A stretch of DNA of 64,000 bases, taken from NCBI RefSeq assembly GCF_036321535.1, contig NC_087437.1, forward strand, positions 86,864,001 through 86,928,000, written 5' to 3'. The stretch comes from Camelus dromedarius (lineage: Eukaryota). Under the pieces are notes generated by a model. That model was not told the DNA's origin. It saw only the letters and a program-made list of their open reading frames with translations, and made no database searches. The position numbers and the translations under genes were made by a program. Shown here piece after piece: positions 62,110 to 64,000 of this stretch; the stretch's first letter is position 1, and every line of letters begins with the position of its first letter.

Positions 62110-62390
62110 AGTGGTAACATGCTATGATGCTTGGCCCCATTTTCCCCTCTGGAACTACAGCACCAATACTCTGGTTGCTGGACAAAATCAGATGCTGCAA
62201 GTTCACAGATCAATTTGGGACAAATCTGAGGGCTGGCCCAGCTCTAGGACTCTTATTCCAATAGGTAGGACCAAGTCTTCTCTTTTAGTCCAGTGCCCTC
62301 CTCATCACTTCTTTATGTCCCAAGGGCAGCTGAAGAAATCTCCTGCATAAAACTGTCTCAGATTCAGTGTCTGGGAACCCAATGTAAGCA
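62110..62390 (+). mobile_element. ERVL LTR16-like fragment
   Basis: gagggctggcccagctc...tctcctgcataaaactgtctcagattcagtgtctgggaaccca. Confidence 0.55.
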
Positions 62391-64000
62391 AAGAGATACA
62401 TAATTTTGTTTATATTGATTGCAAAGAATTATACTGGAAAAGGGAATTACAGTAAATATCCCTTTAGGGTATGCCTTAGCATGGGTCTTTATGTCCCTCT
62501 CTACCCCTGCTAAAATATCTTCTACCCACCACCCTGCCATGTCCAAAATCATTCTAAACATCCAGCTGCTCTAGTCTCAATAGCGCTCCCCAGATGCTTA
62601 TCTCGTTATCACTACCCTGTTCAGAAGAGCAGTGGAAAAGTTCAAGACTAAAGAGCAGCTCAAGATTGAGACCAGAGGTTAATAAGCGATCTGGTACTTC
62701 AAAGGCAAAAGGACAGGTGATGACACTTTGAAAATGGCATCCAAGGGTGCAGGATAATGACATGCAGCCATTAATCTGCCTAATACTCATTCCACACACC
62801 TAATTCTGTCTCCAGTTTCTGCAGTCACTCATGCCCTTTCTCTTTCTCTCTTCCCTTCTCATGTTAACTTTCCAAAATCCATTTTAGATAATGAAATATT
62901 ATGAAATATATTTTTCAATATGCTGACTGAATACAACTGCACATTTTCTAGATTTTATTGAAAATTAGATGACTTGAGTAGCTGGCATGTAAATGAAATC
63001 CCTAAACAATTGAAATAAGTTAATATTTATTTGAGTATGAAGCTCTATTGATTTTTCCCTGTGAGTGATATTATGGATAGAAAAACAAAAACAAAGACAA
63101 AAACAAAAACAAATGGAAAACCCTTTTATAGGTATCTCTGTCTTATTCTAGGAGACTCTCTAGAGTTATTCGGTCAAGGGACACAGAAAATAGGGGTTGA
63201 AAGGAATCAAATTTAAACAATAAGCCCAATAATAGCAGGAGTTATCTCCTGGGTGGCAGAATCACAAGGCTTTATTTTTTCTTTCTTGTATTTTGTTTTA
63301 AATTTTCTTTACTGCTTCTTTAATAAAGCATTATTTAAAAATAAAAAAATAAGCCCAAGATTGCAAAAGAAAGAGTGAAATATTGAGTTAAATATTGTAT
63401 AGTATTTAAGGTGAGAATGTTGCCTCACTAGATTTCCACAGACTATTAGTGTACTAAATGTATTTTTAAATCTCATTTTTTGTAACATAAACTAGGGGCA
63501 TGAGGTACACCACACTGCAGAGACCCAAAAAGTAAACAACACTTTTCAAGGAGTTTTAGGTCAATAAATGTTAATTTGATGTTGTGTCTGAATTGAGGAG
63601 AAGGGACAGAGGAAAGCACATTGTGGGGATTGAAATACAAAGATATCTGAGACCACCTGGCTCAGTGTGAAGGGCTAACCTGAAAGAGCTGCCTCTCTTA
63701 GGAAAAGTCAGCTTTCATCGTGAATGTACACTCACAGGTTGTTTAAATAATAATAACAATTAAGTGAAAATATTCTAGCCAGCCAAACAGAGCTTACGCT
63801 CTGACACTGATTTGTTGAGACGAATACATCCCTGCCTTGGAAGTATAGCAAATGCCGCCTCTTTACTTTTTTAAGCAAATAGCTTTCTAAACACATAAAT
63901 AGATTATAATGTCTGACTATTTTTAAACTGTGAGCTAGCAGTTAATCACATTAACAATGTTCTGCCTCATCCACTTCAAATAGCGTTCCATTATCTAAAA

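Larger units (their letters stand above)
59490..64000 (-). other. EPHA3: Last intron of EPHA3 (3' part), with acceptor AG (59491-59490), T14 pyrimidine tract (59508-59495) and candidate branch point CTCAC (59524-59520)
   Basis: Splice signals are read directly next to the exon. No further Eph-like coding sequence was seen up to the window end. Confidence 0.85.

Noticed and set aside
206..62799. The roughly 90 short ORFs in the supplied track
   Set aside because: All are 60-122 aa, many start at alternative codons, none resembles a known host protein, and many lie within repeats. The one real coding exon (EPHA3) is not in the track.
1..64000. CRISPR arrays, operons, rRNA/snRNA genes, NUMTs, CpG-island promoter
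   Set aside because: None seen: the sequence is mammalian intergenic/intronic DNA with no repeat-spacer arrays, no mitochondrial-like segments I could recognise and no CpG island.

Overview
This is AT-rich, CpG-poor mammalian genomic DNA, very probably from a camelid, because it carries a tRNA-derived vic-1-type SINE at ~13062-13198. The only gene I can support is the 3' end of EPHA3 on the minus strand. It comprises part of the last intron (59490-64000), the terminal coding exon (59489-59384; end of the SAM domain and the ...SKNSPVPV* tail), a ~2.6 kb 3' UTR and a poly(A) signal at 56774-56779. The other ~56 kb is downstream gene-desert DNA filled with old repeats: L1, L2, MIR, one CR1/L3 RT fragment, MaLR/ERVL LTRs, an ERV-L protease fragment, and hAT and Tigger MITEs, several of them nested. 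None of the supplied ORFs looks like a real host gene. I found no convincing new multi-gene system. The best leads are: (i) a highly diverged ~1.3 kb tandem duplication of apparently non-repeat DNA (37.0-39.2 kb) containing CACGTG E-boxes, with a perfect AGGTCA-n5-AGGTCA element in one copy only; (ii) a 108 bp tailless internal L1 ORF2 fragment between perfect 14 bp direct repeats; (iii) a ~2 kb L1 whose 5' end is fused directly to distal ORF2; (iv) an S-P in the EPHA3 C-terminal tail; (v) a dense UGUA cluster before the EPHA3 poly(A) site. Repeat subfamily names come from recognising consensus sequences by eye, and boundaries of old repeats are approximate.
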